This document shows, piece by piece, positions 43,220-51,097 of a stretch of 51,158 nt of DNA. Numbering within the stretch: position 1 is the first letter of the stretch; each line of letters begins with the position of its first letter. The position numbers were made by a program, and so were the translations under genes. The notes below the pieces were generated by a model. That model searched no databases and was not told the origin of the DNA. It saw only the letters and a program-made list of their open reading frames with translations. This stretch comes from Candidatus Scybalousia scybalohippi (GTDB lineage: Bacteria; Bacteroidota; Bacteroidia; Bacteroidales; P3): positions 1-51,158 of the forward strand of contig JAGHSX010000132.1 in the NCBI GenBank assembly GCA_018065645.1, read 5' to 3'.

Positions 43220-43452
43220 TGGCATACGAGAAAAAAGAGGGCGACATTACATTGTTCGACAACAAAAAGACCAAGGATACACAACCTGATTTTAAGGGAA
43301 CTGTTTTAATTGGTGGTAAAGAATTGGAAGTGGCTTTGTGGAAACGAACAAGCCAAGCAGGTAAAAACTTCTTGTCTGGCAAGGTAAGTCAGCCGGTTTC
43401 AAAGAAGCAAGACAATTGTGTTAAAGTAGAGGATGACGAAATACCATTCTAA
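43219..43452 (+). CDS. DUF736-like small protein carrying an SSB-type C-terminal tip (77 aa)
   Basis: PDFKGTVLIGGKELEVALWKRTSQAGKNFLSGKV resembles the DUF736 core. The last residues EDDEIPF match the bacterial SSB-Ct consensus DDD(I/L)PF. Confidence 0.5.
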   Translation: MAYEKKEGDITLFDNKKTKDTQPDFKGTVLIGGKELEVALWKRTSQAGKNFLSGKVSQPVSKKQDNCVKVEDDEIPF

Positions 43453-43643
43453 CGAGTTTTCCCCGAGTATCTTTCAGGTTGGCTAGCGTTGGGGTCAAAA
43501 TATACAATGCTTGTGGTAACTTGGGGAATAATGTTATGTATTAACGCCATAATTGTATAGACCAACGCACTTTCCTATGGGGCATCTCATTTAATACTCC
43601 CTATTAACTCCCCCTTGATGCCCCAACTATTTAAGAGAATAAA

Positions 43644-43898
43644 ATGAAAAGACCAGACGAATATAGATATGAATTGATGTTGTTGTGTAAGAACGCCAGA
43701 AAAGAAACTGGTGTTTCTTTAAGTGTTGTAGCAAATTTATCAGGACTATCACTCCAATACCTCAGAAACATTGAGTGTGGATATGAAACAATAAGCCAAA
43801 GAGTGGTTGAATCATACAAACAAATGGTTGAAATATTTACAAAAAATAAAAAAATTAAAGAAAATCAAAAAAATCTCTTGACATTATCATTAAAATAA
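43644..43898 (+). CDS. XRE-family helix-turn-helix transcriptional regulator
   Basis: ARKETGVSLSVVANLSGLSLQYLRNIECG HTH_3 pattern. Confidence 0.65.
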   Translation: MKRPDEYRYELMLLCKNARKETGVSLSVVANLSGLSLQYLRNIECGYETISQRVVESYKQMVEIFTKNKKIKENQKNLLTLSLK

Positions 43899-43906
43899 TG
43901 TATAGT
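43878..43906 (+). promoter_or_regulatory. promoter CTTGACATTA-17-TATAGT (inside the 3' end of the XRE gene)
   Basis: ttgaca-ttatcattaaaataatg-tatagt; leader hairpin CATCGTC/GACGATG 43912..43931, then AAAACTGAAAGGAAAAGTA-ATG. Confidence 0.6.
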
Positions 43907-43954
43907 TTACACATCGTCAATTGGGACGATGAATAAAAACTGAAAGGAAAAGTA

Positions 43955-44308
43955 ATGATAAACACAATTTGTAATGGGATTAGAACTCCAAGATTAGCAT
44001 ACACAAAAGAGAAACGTGAAGAACTTTTACCGGTTATTGAGAGTGTCCGTAAGAGCCTGAGAGAAGAATATCCAAGTGCTAGCCACGATATGTTGGTTGT
44101 GTGTGGAAGTCGTTTTGAAGGCACAGAACGTGTGTTTGCTGTTATGGAAAGTGTTAAAGACCAAGATAAGCTGTTTGAAAAGGGCAATAGAGCGGCTGTT
44201 CGTGATGCTTTGTTGGAATGTATGAGAGCCGACTATGACTATATGTTTGAAAAAGACTGGGGCGATTCTGATGAATACTACACAGATGACGATGTAGACG
44301 AAGAATAG
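43955..44308 (+). CDS. hypothetical protein with acidic C-terminus (117 aa)
   Basis: ORF track; conserved leader/SD. Confidence 0.55.
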   Translation: MINTICNGIRTPRLAYTKEKREELLPVIESVRKSLREEYPSASHDMLVVCGSRFEGTERVFAVMESVKDQDKLFEKGNRAAVRDALLECMRADYDYMFEKDWGDSDEYYTDDDVDEE

Positions 44309-44326
44309 AAAGGAGCTTTTGGGGGT

Positions 44327-44641
44327 ATGTCTATTTTAAGATTAAAAAACGGGAAAAGCTTAAATAAGGCTTGTATAGAAAATGGCGTTTGCTATGAAAC
44401 TGCTTGGAGGCAAATAGAAAATGGTTATGATGCGGATTATGCTTTAGAATATGCTATTAAACACCACGGAGATAAAACTTATAATAGGAAGCATTTTTAT
44501 AAAGGGCACTATGTTGGGGATTTGTTGGGTGGTTGGAAAAGTGTTTTACATTTAAGGTTTTTGGCAGAATATCGTAGAACAAAGGATTTAGAAAAAACAT
44601 TATCAAAGTATATTGATATTACAAAGGTGGAGGAAATATGA
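44327..44641 (+). CDS. small DNA-binding-like protein (104 aa), paralog of the next gene
   Basis: KSLNKACIENGVCYETAWRQIENGYDADYALEY versus ENLNQYCKRTGKNYQTLWFRMDKGWDLERAITE. Confidence 0.45.
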   Translation: MSILRLKNGKSLNKACIENGVCYETAWRQIENGYDADYALEYAIKHHGDKTYNRKHFYKGHYVGDLLGGWKSVLHLRFLAEYRRTKDLEKTLSKYIDITKVEEI

Positions 44642-44883
44642 CTTGTTTTAGGATTGAAAGCACTGGAGAAAATTTAAATCAGTATTGCAAAAGAACAGGT
44701 AAAAATTATCAAACACTTTGGTTTAGGATGGATAAAGGATGGGATTTAGAAAGGGCTATAACAGAACCAATTTTGGGGGTGAATGGGACAAAGTACTATA
44801 TCAATGGGAAACCTGCTCGTAGTCAAATGACGAAGAACGAATACCAAAGATATACAAAAAAATTAAGAAAGGAATCAAAATGA
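44638..44883 (+). CDS. small DNA-binding-like protein (81 aa)
   Basis: See the previous feature; ATGA start-stop coupling. Confidence 0.45.
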   Translation: MTCFRIESTGENLNQYCKRTGKNYQTLWFRMDKGWDLERAITEPILGVNGTKYYINGKPARSQMTKNEYQRYTKKLRKESK

Positions 44884-45146
44884 AAAAGAAATACATAACA
44901 TTAGAAGAAGTGTTAGCACTTAGAGGAACAGATACAAAGATTTATATTGAAAACATAACGGGTGTTTATCTTATGTTTGTTGGTGGTGTTTTATGTGGAT
45001 ATAACGATAAAAATGAGCTTAGAACGCTAAATATTTCTGCCTTCAGAGATGACAACCACTACATCCTAGAACCAGAAGAATTTAAGGTTGAAAAAGAAAC
45101 AGCAGAAGATAAATTAAGAAAAATAAAGGAGATTTTAAATGGGTAA
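44880..45146 (+). CDS. hypothetical protein (88 aa)
   Basis: ORF track; ATGA coupling. Confidence 0.5.
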   Translation: MKKKYITLEEVLALRGTDTKIYIENITGVYLMFVGGVLCGYNDKNELRTLNISAFRDDNHYILEPEEFKVEKETAEDKLRKIKEILNG

Positions 45147-45816
45147 TTATGTCGATTTAACTGGCAGAACATTTGGAAAACTAACCGTTATAAAAGATTG
45201 TGGTTGGAGTGATAAATCTCGCAACAGAATTTGGGAGTGTAAGTGTGAATGTGGAAACACAACAAAAGCACTATACTCTAATTTGGTTAAAGGAAGAACA
45301 AAATCTTGTGGATGTGCAAAGCCAATCCACTACAAACACGGTTTATGGAATAGTAGAATACACGGGATATTAAGCAATATGAAACAAAGGTGTTATAATA
45401 AAAACTGTATTGAATATAAACACTACGGTTATCGTGGAATAAAAATATGTGATGAATGGATGGATAAAGAAAATGGTTTTAAGAATTTTATAGACTGGTC
45501 TTTTGCTAATGGATATAAAGAAAACCTAACGATAGACAGAATAGATAATGACAAAGGATATTATCCAGAAAATTGTAGATGGACAACGTATAAAGAACAA
45601 AGGGAAAACAGTAGGAATAATATATTTTTCTTTGTATTGGATGGTGAAAAATTATGTGTTAGTGATATTTGTAAAAGATTGGGAATAAAAGAAGGGAACG
45701 TTTATTATAGAATGAGGGTTGGCAAGAAAAACATAAAAGATATTTTTAAGGGTGCTGATTTTAATAATCACACAATATCAAAAGTAGATGATTTAGTTGA
45801 GTATGTAGGAGATTAA
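45139..45816 (+). CDS. Cys-rich DNA-binding/nuclease-like protein (paralog of 26564..27211)
   Basis: GKLTVIKDCG...CKCECG...SCGC; ILSNMKQRCYN...YGYRGIKICDEW...TIDRIDNDKGYYPENCRWTT; HTH-like C-terminus. Confidence 0.5.
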   Translation: MGNYVDLTGRTFGKLTVIKDCGWSDKSRNRIWECKCECGNTTKALYSNLVKGRTKSCGCAKPIHYKHGLWNSRIHGILSNMKQRCYNKNCIEYKHYGYRGIKICDEWMDKENGFKNFIDWSFANGYKENLTIDRIDNDKGYYPENCRWTTYKEQRENSRNNIFFFVLDGEKLCVSDICKRLGIKEGNVYYRMRVGKKNIKDIFKGADFNNHTISKVDDLVEYVGD

Positions 45817-45817
45817 A

Positions 45818-46018
45818 ATGATTAAAAAAGAAAGAATAGAAGATTATAAATTAGACTATAAACACTCCTGTATGTTGTTATCAGATTTACAGGCTTGGTT
45901 TAGATTTATGTTAAAAGACGAAAACATACAGCCAGCAACATACGAAATGATGGATAATACATTATCAATATTGTTTGAAAATTATAAACTTTTATATGAA
46001 GATGTTATAGGAGATTAA
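45818..46018 (+). CDS. hypothetical protein (66 aa)
   Basis: ORF track; GGAG SD. Confidence 0.5.
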   Translation: MIKKERIEDYKLDYKHSCMLLSDLQAWFRFMLKDENIQPATYEMMDNTLSILFENYKLLYEDVIGD

Positions 46019-46021
46019 AAG

Positions 46022-46204
46022 ATGAAAATAGGAAAGTTTATACCAGATGTGTGTTATAGTGGGACTGGTCCAGCAGTAAAAGAGTTTAATTTATACTCAA
46101 AAGATTTGGAAGAAGCCCATAAGTGTAAAGTTAAAATGATTAAAATAAAGCATAGATTGTTTGGTAGCGTAAAATATATTAAATATGAAATACAGGAGGA
46201 TTAA
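46022..46204 (+). CDS. hypothetical protein (60 aa)
   Basis: ORF track. Confidence 0.45.
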   Translation: MKIGKFIPDVCYSGTGPAVKEFNLYSKDLEEAHKCKVKMIKIKHRLFGSVKYIKYEIQED

Positions 46205-46207
46205 AAT

Positions 46208-46702
46208 ATGAAAGTTAAGGTTGTATCAGATACTCATTTTGGACACGAAAAACTTTTAATGTTTCGTGGGTTTAATTCTGTTGAAGAAATGAATGAAGCA
46301 ATAATTAAAAGATGGAATGATTGTATAGATAAAAACGATAGAGTTATCCATCTTGGAGATTTTGCTGTTGGTATGAAAGAAGAAGATATTGAAAAAATAA
46401 TTTCAAGATTAAATGGTAAGATAACTCTTATTATTGGAAACCACGACACGCATAGTAAGTTAAAGAATGTTTATATTAAATATTTTAAGTGCCTGTCAGG
46501 TTTATATGCTCCGCCTTATTATTTTACACACGAGCCAATAAATGAAAGATGTTTAGAAGAACAAAACACGAGAGAACCAACTACAAATGTTCACGGACAT
46601 TTACACAATAACGAATATTGTGGAGAAAAATATATCAATATGAACTATGATGTTGTTGGTTTATCTAATATGGTTAAAGAATTTGAATTAAAGGAGGTAT
46701 AA
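46208..46702 (+). CDS. calcineurin-like metallophosphoesterase (164 aa)
   Basis: VVSDTHFGH, IHLGDF, IIGNHD and VHGHLH are the four canonical MPP motifs. Confidence 0.75.
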   Translation: MKVKVVSDTHFGHEKLLMFRGFNSVEEMNEAIIKRWNDCIDKNDRVIHLGDFAVGMKEEDIEKIISRLNGKITLIIGNHDTHSKLKNVYIKYFKCLSGLYAPPYYFTHEPINERCLEEQNTREPTTNVHGHLHNNEYCGEKYINMNYDVVGLSNMVKEFELKEV

Positions 46703-46703
46703 C

Positions 46704-46901
46704 GTGCAATGGGAAGAACTTAAAAAAAAAGCAAAAGAACTTGGTGCAGAAATAATAAATGGTTATATTGTGTTTCGTTGCTTTTGTTTTTATGCTGACG
46801 GAACAATAGATATATACAAAAACAGTGATGACGGTTGGGAATTATTCATAGAGAATAGAACTTATGAACAAATTCTTATGATTATGGAGGCACTTAGATG
46901 A
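46704..46901 (+). CDS. hypothetical protein (65 aa, GTG start)
   Basis: AAGGAGG SD 6 nt before GTG 46704. Confidence 0.5.
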   Translation: MQWEELKKKAKELGAEIINGYIVFRCFCFYADGTIDIYKNSDDGWELFIENRTYEQILMIMEALR

Positions 46902-47641
46902 AACTATATCAAGGTGATTGTTTAGAAATAATGAAACAGATACCTGATAAGTCTGTTGATATGATTTGTTGTGATTTGCCGTATGGAACAACAGCGTGTA
47001 AGTGGGACACGATTATTCCGTTTGAACCATTGTGGAAGTCATACGAAAGAATAATTAAAGATGATTGTGCAATAGTTTTAACAGCAAGTCAGCCATTTAC
47101 ATCTGCTCTTGTAATGAGTAATCCAAAAATGTTTAAATATGAGTGGATATGGCAAAAAGCAGTCGGTAGCAACTTCGCCACAACAAAATATATGCCAATG
47201 AAAGAACACGAAAGCGTATTAGTGTTTGGGAAACAAATGCCAAAATACTTCCAAATAAAACAAGAAAGAGCAGAAAGTGGCAAATCTAGGTTAAACTATG
47301 GACATAAAGGAAGTAAAACTGGCGAAGCAAACGGAACTATGGACTTTAAAGGATTTACACCAGAAACTTATGATAAAAACCTAAGATGTCCATCAAGCGT
47401 TCAGTTTTTCAACAACAGAGAGTCTTGTCGTGGATTACACCCAACACAAAAGCCAGTTAAACTTATAGAATATCTAATTAAGACATACACAAATGAAGGA
47501 GATTTAGTCCTTGATAACTGTATGGGTAGTGGAACTACTGGTGTCGCCTGTAAACATTTAAACAGAGATTTCATCGGTATAGAACTTGACGAGAAGTATT
47601 TTAACATAGCAAAGAATAGAATTGAAGGAGAATTATTATGA
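46898..47641 (+). CDS. DNA N6-adenine/N4-cytosine methyltransferase (beta class), orphan
   Basis: N-terminal motif IV CCDLPYG; C-terminal AdoMet motif LDNCMGSGTTGVAC; HPTQKP. No adjacent restriction endonuclease gene. Confidence 0.85.
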   Translation: MKLYQGDCLEIMKQIPDKSVDMICCDLPYGTTACKWDTIIPFEPLWKSYERIIKDDCAIVLTASQPFTSALVMSNPKMFKYEWIWQKAVGSNFATTKYMPMKEHESVLVFGKQMPKYFQIKQERAESGKSRLNYGHKGSKTGEANGTMDFKGFTPETYDKNLRCPSSVQFFNNRESCRGLHPTQKPVKLIEYLIKTYTNEGDLVLDNCMGSGTTGVACKHLNRDFIGIELDEKYFNIAKNRIEGELL

Positions 47642-48042
47642 CAAACATTCCTAGCAAAAAGTGTAAAACACTAATAGAACAGTATCGTAAAGGAAAACTA
47701 CATACTGGATTTTATTATGCAAATCTTTTCCAATATGATGGGGAAGATAGCGAGGATAGAGATTTTGAGGACATAGTATTTTATTCTAATAATACGAACA
47801 AATTCGTTTATGAGGATTGTTATGATGGCGTTAGCAATATCATTGATAAAGTTCCAGATTATGACCAATTTGCTGAACTTAGCAAAAAGGTAGATGAGTT
47901 GGAAAAGAAACTGGATATTGCTATATCTGCACTTAATGATTATGCAGATAAAAACTGGTATAATAGATATGCTCTTGACGAAGATGATGAAATGCCAGAG
48001 CTTGCCAAAGAAACATTAAATAGAATAGAGGAGGTAAAATGA
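47638..48042 (+). CDS. hypothetical protein (134 aa)
   Basis: ORF track; ATGA coupling. Confidence 0.55.
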   Translation: MTNIPSKKCKTLIEQYRKGKLHTGFYYANLFQYDGEDSEDRDFEDIVFYSNNTNKFVYEDCYDGVSNIIDKVPDYDQFAELSKKVDELEKKLDIAISALNDYADKNWYNRYALDEDDEMPELAKETLNRIEEVK

Positions 48043-48221
48043 ACAAGATGGTAGCAATAAAGCAAGGAAACAAGACAATCTATCGTATTATTGATGAGAA
48101 CAAAAAAGATGATGGTTGTGATGATAAGTATTATGGGGATATGACCACCACAGCTAGAAACAAAATAGATTATTTTGATGTGCCACAAGAAAGGTGGGAT
48201 AAAGTGTTTCCAAAAAAATAA
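48039..48221 (+). CDS. hypothetical protein (60 aa)
   Basis: ORF track; GGAGG SD. Confidence 0.5.
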   Translation: MNKMVAIKQGNKTIYRIIDENKKDDGCDDKYYGDMTTTARNKIDYFDVPQERWDKVFPKK

Positions 48222-48223
48222 TC

Positions 48224-48252
48224 TTGACATTATTTAATAAACAATGTAATAT
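48224..48252 (+). promoter_or_regulatory. promoter CTTGACATTA-17-TAATAT
   Basis: ttgaca-ttatttaataaacaatg-taatat. Confidence 0.55.
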
Positions 48253-48272
48253 CATATCAAGAGGAGGTGTAT

Positions 48273-48551
48273 ATGACAGGAGATGTTTATTACAATTCTG
48301 AAGTGGAATACAATAGACCAGTGTTCCCAGAACAAGAGCTAGGAATGGCTGTTGTAATGAAAGCGGTGGAGGATGCAAACGATGGGTATCCAACTCACAA
48401 AAGAAAAGAGGCTCGGAAATTCCTATGTGGGTATAACAAAGCGTGGGAAGATAGTTTATATAGTTGGTGTGAGGTGGCTAATATAGAAGCCACCTTTATT
48501 ATTAGAAAAAGCAGAGAAAAATGGTTTAAAGATGGGAGGTATATATGGTAG
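48273..48551 (+). CDS. hypothetical protein (92 aa)
   Basis: Start moved from GTG 48267 to ATG 48273 (GAGGAGG at 48261-48267). Confidence 0.55.
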   Translation: MTGDVYYNSEVEYNRPVFPEQELGMAVVMKAVEDANDGYPTHKRKEARKFLCGYNKAWEDSLYSWCEVANIEATFIIRKSREKWFKDGRYIW

Positions 48552-48802
48552 AAGAACAATTAGAATTGTTAGAGGTTAAACAATCTTATTCTTTGGTTAA
48601 TTTAAAAGATATTTGTTTTGAAGAAATAAAAAAACAATATCCAAAAGCTCTTGAGGAGGAAGAGCAAGAGGACTTTTTGGAGTTTGTCCACGATGAGGCT
48701 ATGCTTTTGTTTGCAGAACGTATGCGTGGATTGGCACAAGAAATTGAAGACAAGATATACAACAAACAAAAAGAGGCTATAAAAATCCTCTATTCTAAAT
48801 GA
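48545..48802 (+). CDS. hypothetical acidic protein (85 aa)
   Basis: ORF track. Confidence 0.5.
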   Translation: MVEEQLELLEVKQSYSLVNLKDICFEEIKKQYPKALEEEEQEDFLEFVHDEAMLLFAERMRGLAQEIEDKIYNKQKEAIKILYSK

Positions 48803-48804
48803 AG

Positions 48805-48833
48805 TTGCACAATTTCGCTATTTGTTTTATAAT
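48805..48833 (+). promoter_or_regulatory. promoter TTGCAC-17-TATAAT
   Basis: ttgcac-aatttcgctatttgttt-tataat, then AAAGGAG SD and ATG 48854. Confidence 0.55.
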
Positions 48834-48853
48834 ATAAGAAAAGGAGAATTACT

Positions 48854-49264
48854 ATGGATACATTATTGGCTATGCTTTACGCAATTAAATTCTTTTCTAA
48901 AGACCTACATTATTTAGCAAGTGGGGATAATTTTTATATTGACCATAAGTTCTGTGATGAAATTGCAGATGGGTTAGATGAGTTTATTGACCAAATCAAT
49001 GAGAAGATGTATTTAGGTAATGAACACGATGCTTTATATTCAAAAGAAATTGTGTCTAAATCTATGGGCTTTATACCTCCGAAGCCCACCAATATGACAT
49101 TAGGATGGCAAAATCTCTATTTTTTATTGCGTGATACCATTGAACTAATCAACACATTAGAAGATGAATATCCATCAGCTCAATTAAATGCCCTCCTAGA
49201 TAACATTGCAGATGATTTACAAGGCAAGAAGGGCTTAATTTGGCGTAGGAAGATGGCTAGCTAA
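48854..49264 (+). CDS. Dps/ferritin-like four-helix-bundle protein (136 aa)
   Basis: DLHYLASGDNFYIDHKFCDEIADGLDEFIDQINEKM fits the Dps pattern H-[WY]..G..F...H..[FL].E.......D.I.E. Confidence 0.5.
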   Translation: MDTLLAMLYAIKFFSKDLHYLASGDNFYIDHKFCDEIADGLDEFIDQINEKMYLGNEHDALYSKEIVSKSMGFIPPKPTNMTLGWQNLYFLLRDTIELINTLEDEYPSAQLNALLDNIADDLQGKKGLIWRRKMAS

Positions 49265-49454
49265 TAGAATTAAGCCTTCTAAGACGTTCTTCCAACGTTT
49301 CTACTGATATAACATTGTCCTTTGTCTTTTTTATTGTTGTATGTTTATCTTTATTCACGGGAATAATAGTTAAACAGCTCCCCTGAACATTGGATATTCT
49401 TCCAAACAAAACATCACTGCCAACAGCATATACAACGAAGTCTCCCCTTTTCAT
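49257..49454 (-). CDS. hypothetical protein (65 aa), last gene of the leftward arm
   Basis: ORF track; its 3' end overlaps the 3' end of the Dps-like gene by 8 nt. Confidence 0.5.
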   Translation of the reverse strand: MKRGDFVVYAVGSDVLFGRISNVQGSCLTIIPVNKDKHTTIKKTKDNVISVETLEERLRRLNSIS

Positions 49455-49840
49455 TTTGCCTCCTTTTTTATTTTTAATCCAATCTTATAAACTTCACGAC
49501 ATTCTTCAATAGTCCTAGTCCATCCTGTATGATATTGTTTAATCCCAAGATTTTCTGAAATAAGTTTGTAAAGTTTTTTTCTTTTGATGAACCCACCTTG
49601 CAAAATTGGGTCAATCAGAGCGTGAATAAATTTCCTTGCGTTTTTTATTTCTTTTGTCGGAATACATCCGAGAGGATTTTCTGTCCCTTTGTGGCATCCA
49701 ACAAAGTTTTTACACCTTTCACATTGATAAAAATTTAAACAATCTAAATCTGGTCTGTTTTGATAAACAACGTTTCCTTTTACTAATTTAGCATTTACAT
49801 TTTCTTTACATTGGCAGCAATAAATTGACTTAATTGTCAT
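49451..49840 (-). CDS. zinc-ribbon protein (DUF3268-like)
   Basis: CCQCKENV...YQCERCKNFVGCHKGTENPLGCIPTKEIKNARKFIHALIDPI. Confidence 0.55.
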   Translation of the reverse strand: MTIKSIYCCQCKENVNAKLVKGNVVYQNRPDLDCLNFYQCERCKNFVGCHKGTENPLGCIPTKEIKNARKFIHALIDPILQGGFIKRKKLYKLISENLGIKQYHTGWTRTIEECREVYKIGLKIKKEAK

Positions 49841-49841
49841 T

Positions 49842-50033
49842 TTAATCTCCCCTGCGTAATTTCTCTATTTCTAATGTAAGTTTCCCATTCTCTGCGAATG
49901 ATTTTATAAGCAACAACCTGACCCTATTGGCATCTTGTTCAAAGTGTTCCTTATCAGCAATAGCTTGCTGGTATTTTAAAGACAACTCATCGTATTCTTT
50001 TTTAAGTTTCTTATATTTGGTTGTAAAGAGCAT
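49842..50033 (-). CDS. coiled-coil hypothetical protein (63 aa)
   Basis: AAGGAGGAAGAGG-ATG strong SD. Confidence 0.55.
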   Translation of the reverse strand: MLFTTKYKKLKKEYDELSLKYQQAIADKEHFEQDANRVRLLLIKSFAENGKLTLEIEKLRRGD

Positions 50034-50286
50034 CCTCTTCCTCCTTTGTTAAGACACCACCATTTAATATATTTGTATCCAAAATTATCTTATATGTCAA
50101 GTAGTCCCTAGACACATCAAAGCCCGTGATATACTTCAAGTTCTTTATTTTTTTAATACATTGTGTAAATGTCCGGATAACTTCCCATTGTTGTGCATCA
50201 AGCCAAAGAATGTGTTGGTTTATCCCTTTTGCCTTTAATTTCTCTTTATATCTTTTTTCGGCTCTTTTTTGTGGCTCATATACCAT
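50011..50286 (-). CDS. hypothetical protein (91 aa)
   Basis: ORF track. Confidence 0.5.
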   Translation of the reverse strand: MVYEPQKRAEKRYKEKLKAKGINQHILWLDAQQWEVIRTFTQCIKKIKNLKYITGFDVSRDYLTYKIILDTNILNGGVLTKEEEDALYNQI

Positions 50287-50477
50287 TATTCTACCTCTTT
50301 CAGTTTAGTTTCTTCTTCTATTGCTATATTTCTTAAATAATCAACAAGATTTATCCTCTCTTCAATTGTTTCAAGTTTATGGCAACTAATTATATTCAGA
50401 ATTGCTCTGATGGCATCCACCCTGCCCCTTTGATAACTCCAAACAGCAAGACTTTTTACATCAACTTTATTAAACAT
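50286..50477 (-). CDS. hypothetical protein (63 aa)
   Basis: ORF track. Confidence 0.5.
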   Translation of the reverse strand: MFNKVDVKSLAVWSYQRGRVDAIRAILNIISCHKLETIEERINLVDYLRNIAIEEETKLKEVE

Positions 50478-50478
50478 A

Positions 50479-50727
50479 TTATTTTCCTTTCAAAAGTTTT
50501 TTAATAGAATCAATTACACTTTTTGTATTAAATCTATCATCAATTTCAAGAGCAAACGGCTCTAATTTTTCACAATCTGCCGAAAACTTAAAATCCCCAT
50601 ATTTTGTCTTTATTTTACAGACAAAATAGTTGATATCTTGGTTGATTGTTTCCAAAGAAATATCTACATCTTTGCCGGCATAACTTTGTATTTTCTTTAT
50701 TTTATTTTCAAAATCTTTTAATTTCAT
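50479..50727 (-). CDS. hypothetical protein (82 aa)
   Basis: ORF track; GAAAGGAAAAGAAA-ATG SD. Confidence 0.55.
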   Translation of the reverse strand: MKLKDFENKIKKIQSYAGKDVDISLETINQDINYFVCKIKTKYGDFKFSADCEKLEPFALEIDDRFNTKSVIDSIKKLLKGK

Positions 50728-50842
50728 TTTCTTTTCCTTTCGTTAAAAATTATCTATTTTAAGCGATTTTATTACTTTTGGCTACATACCCACCCAAGAC
50801 ACCCAAAATCGATTGTAAGGTGTCTTAAAACGCTTTCTAGAA

Positions 50843-51097
50843 CTATTCTGTTCTGTTTTTATCATCCCAACTCCACTTATCAATGCTCTTAAACAGAAAA
50901 ATAGCTAAAAGCCAAGATATTACACAAGAAAAAATGTTTGTTTGTTTTTTCTTTATTTTTTTTGGCTTTTGTTCTTTTACATAATCGCCAAAGAATTCGC
51001 ACTTAAAAGCCCTATACATCTCATCAAAGTCAAGATTATCTGCTTTTAACCTATTTTTTCGGTAAAATTCTAGCCTGTTCATCTTTCTACCTTTCAT
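50843..51097 (-). CDS. hypothetical protein with C-terminal TM segment (84 aa; start may be the ATG at 51082)
   Basis: ORF track; IFSCVISWLLAIFLF hydrophobic segment. Confidence 0.45.
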   Translation of the reverse strand: MKGRKMNRLEFYRKNRLKADNLDFDEMYRAFKCEFFGDYVKEQKPKKIKKKQTNIFSCVISWLLAIFLFKSIDKWSWDDKNRTE

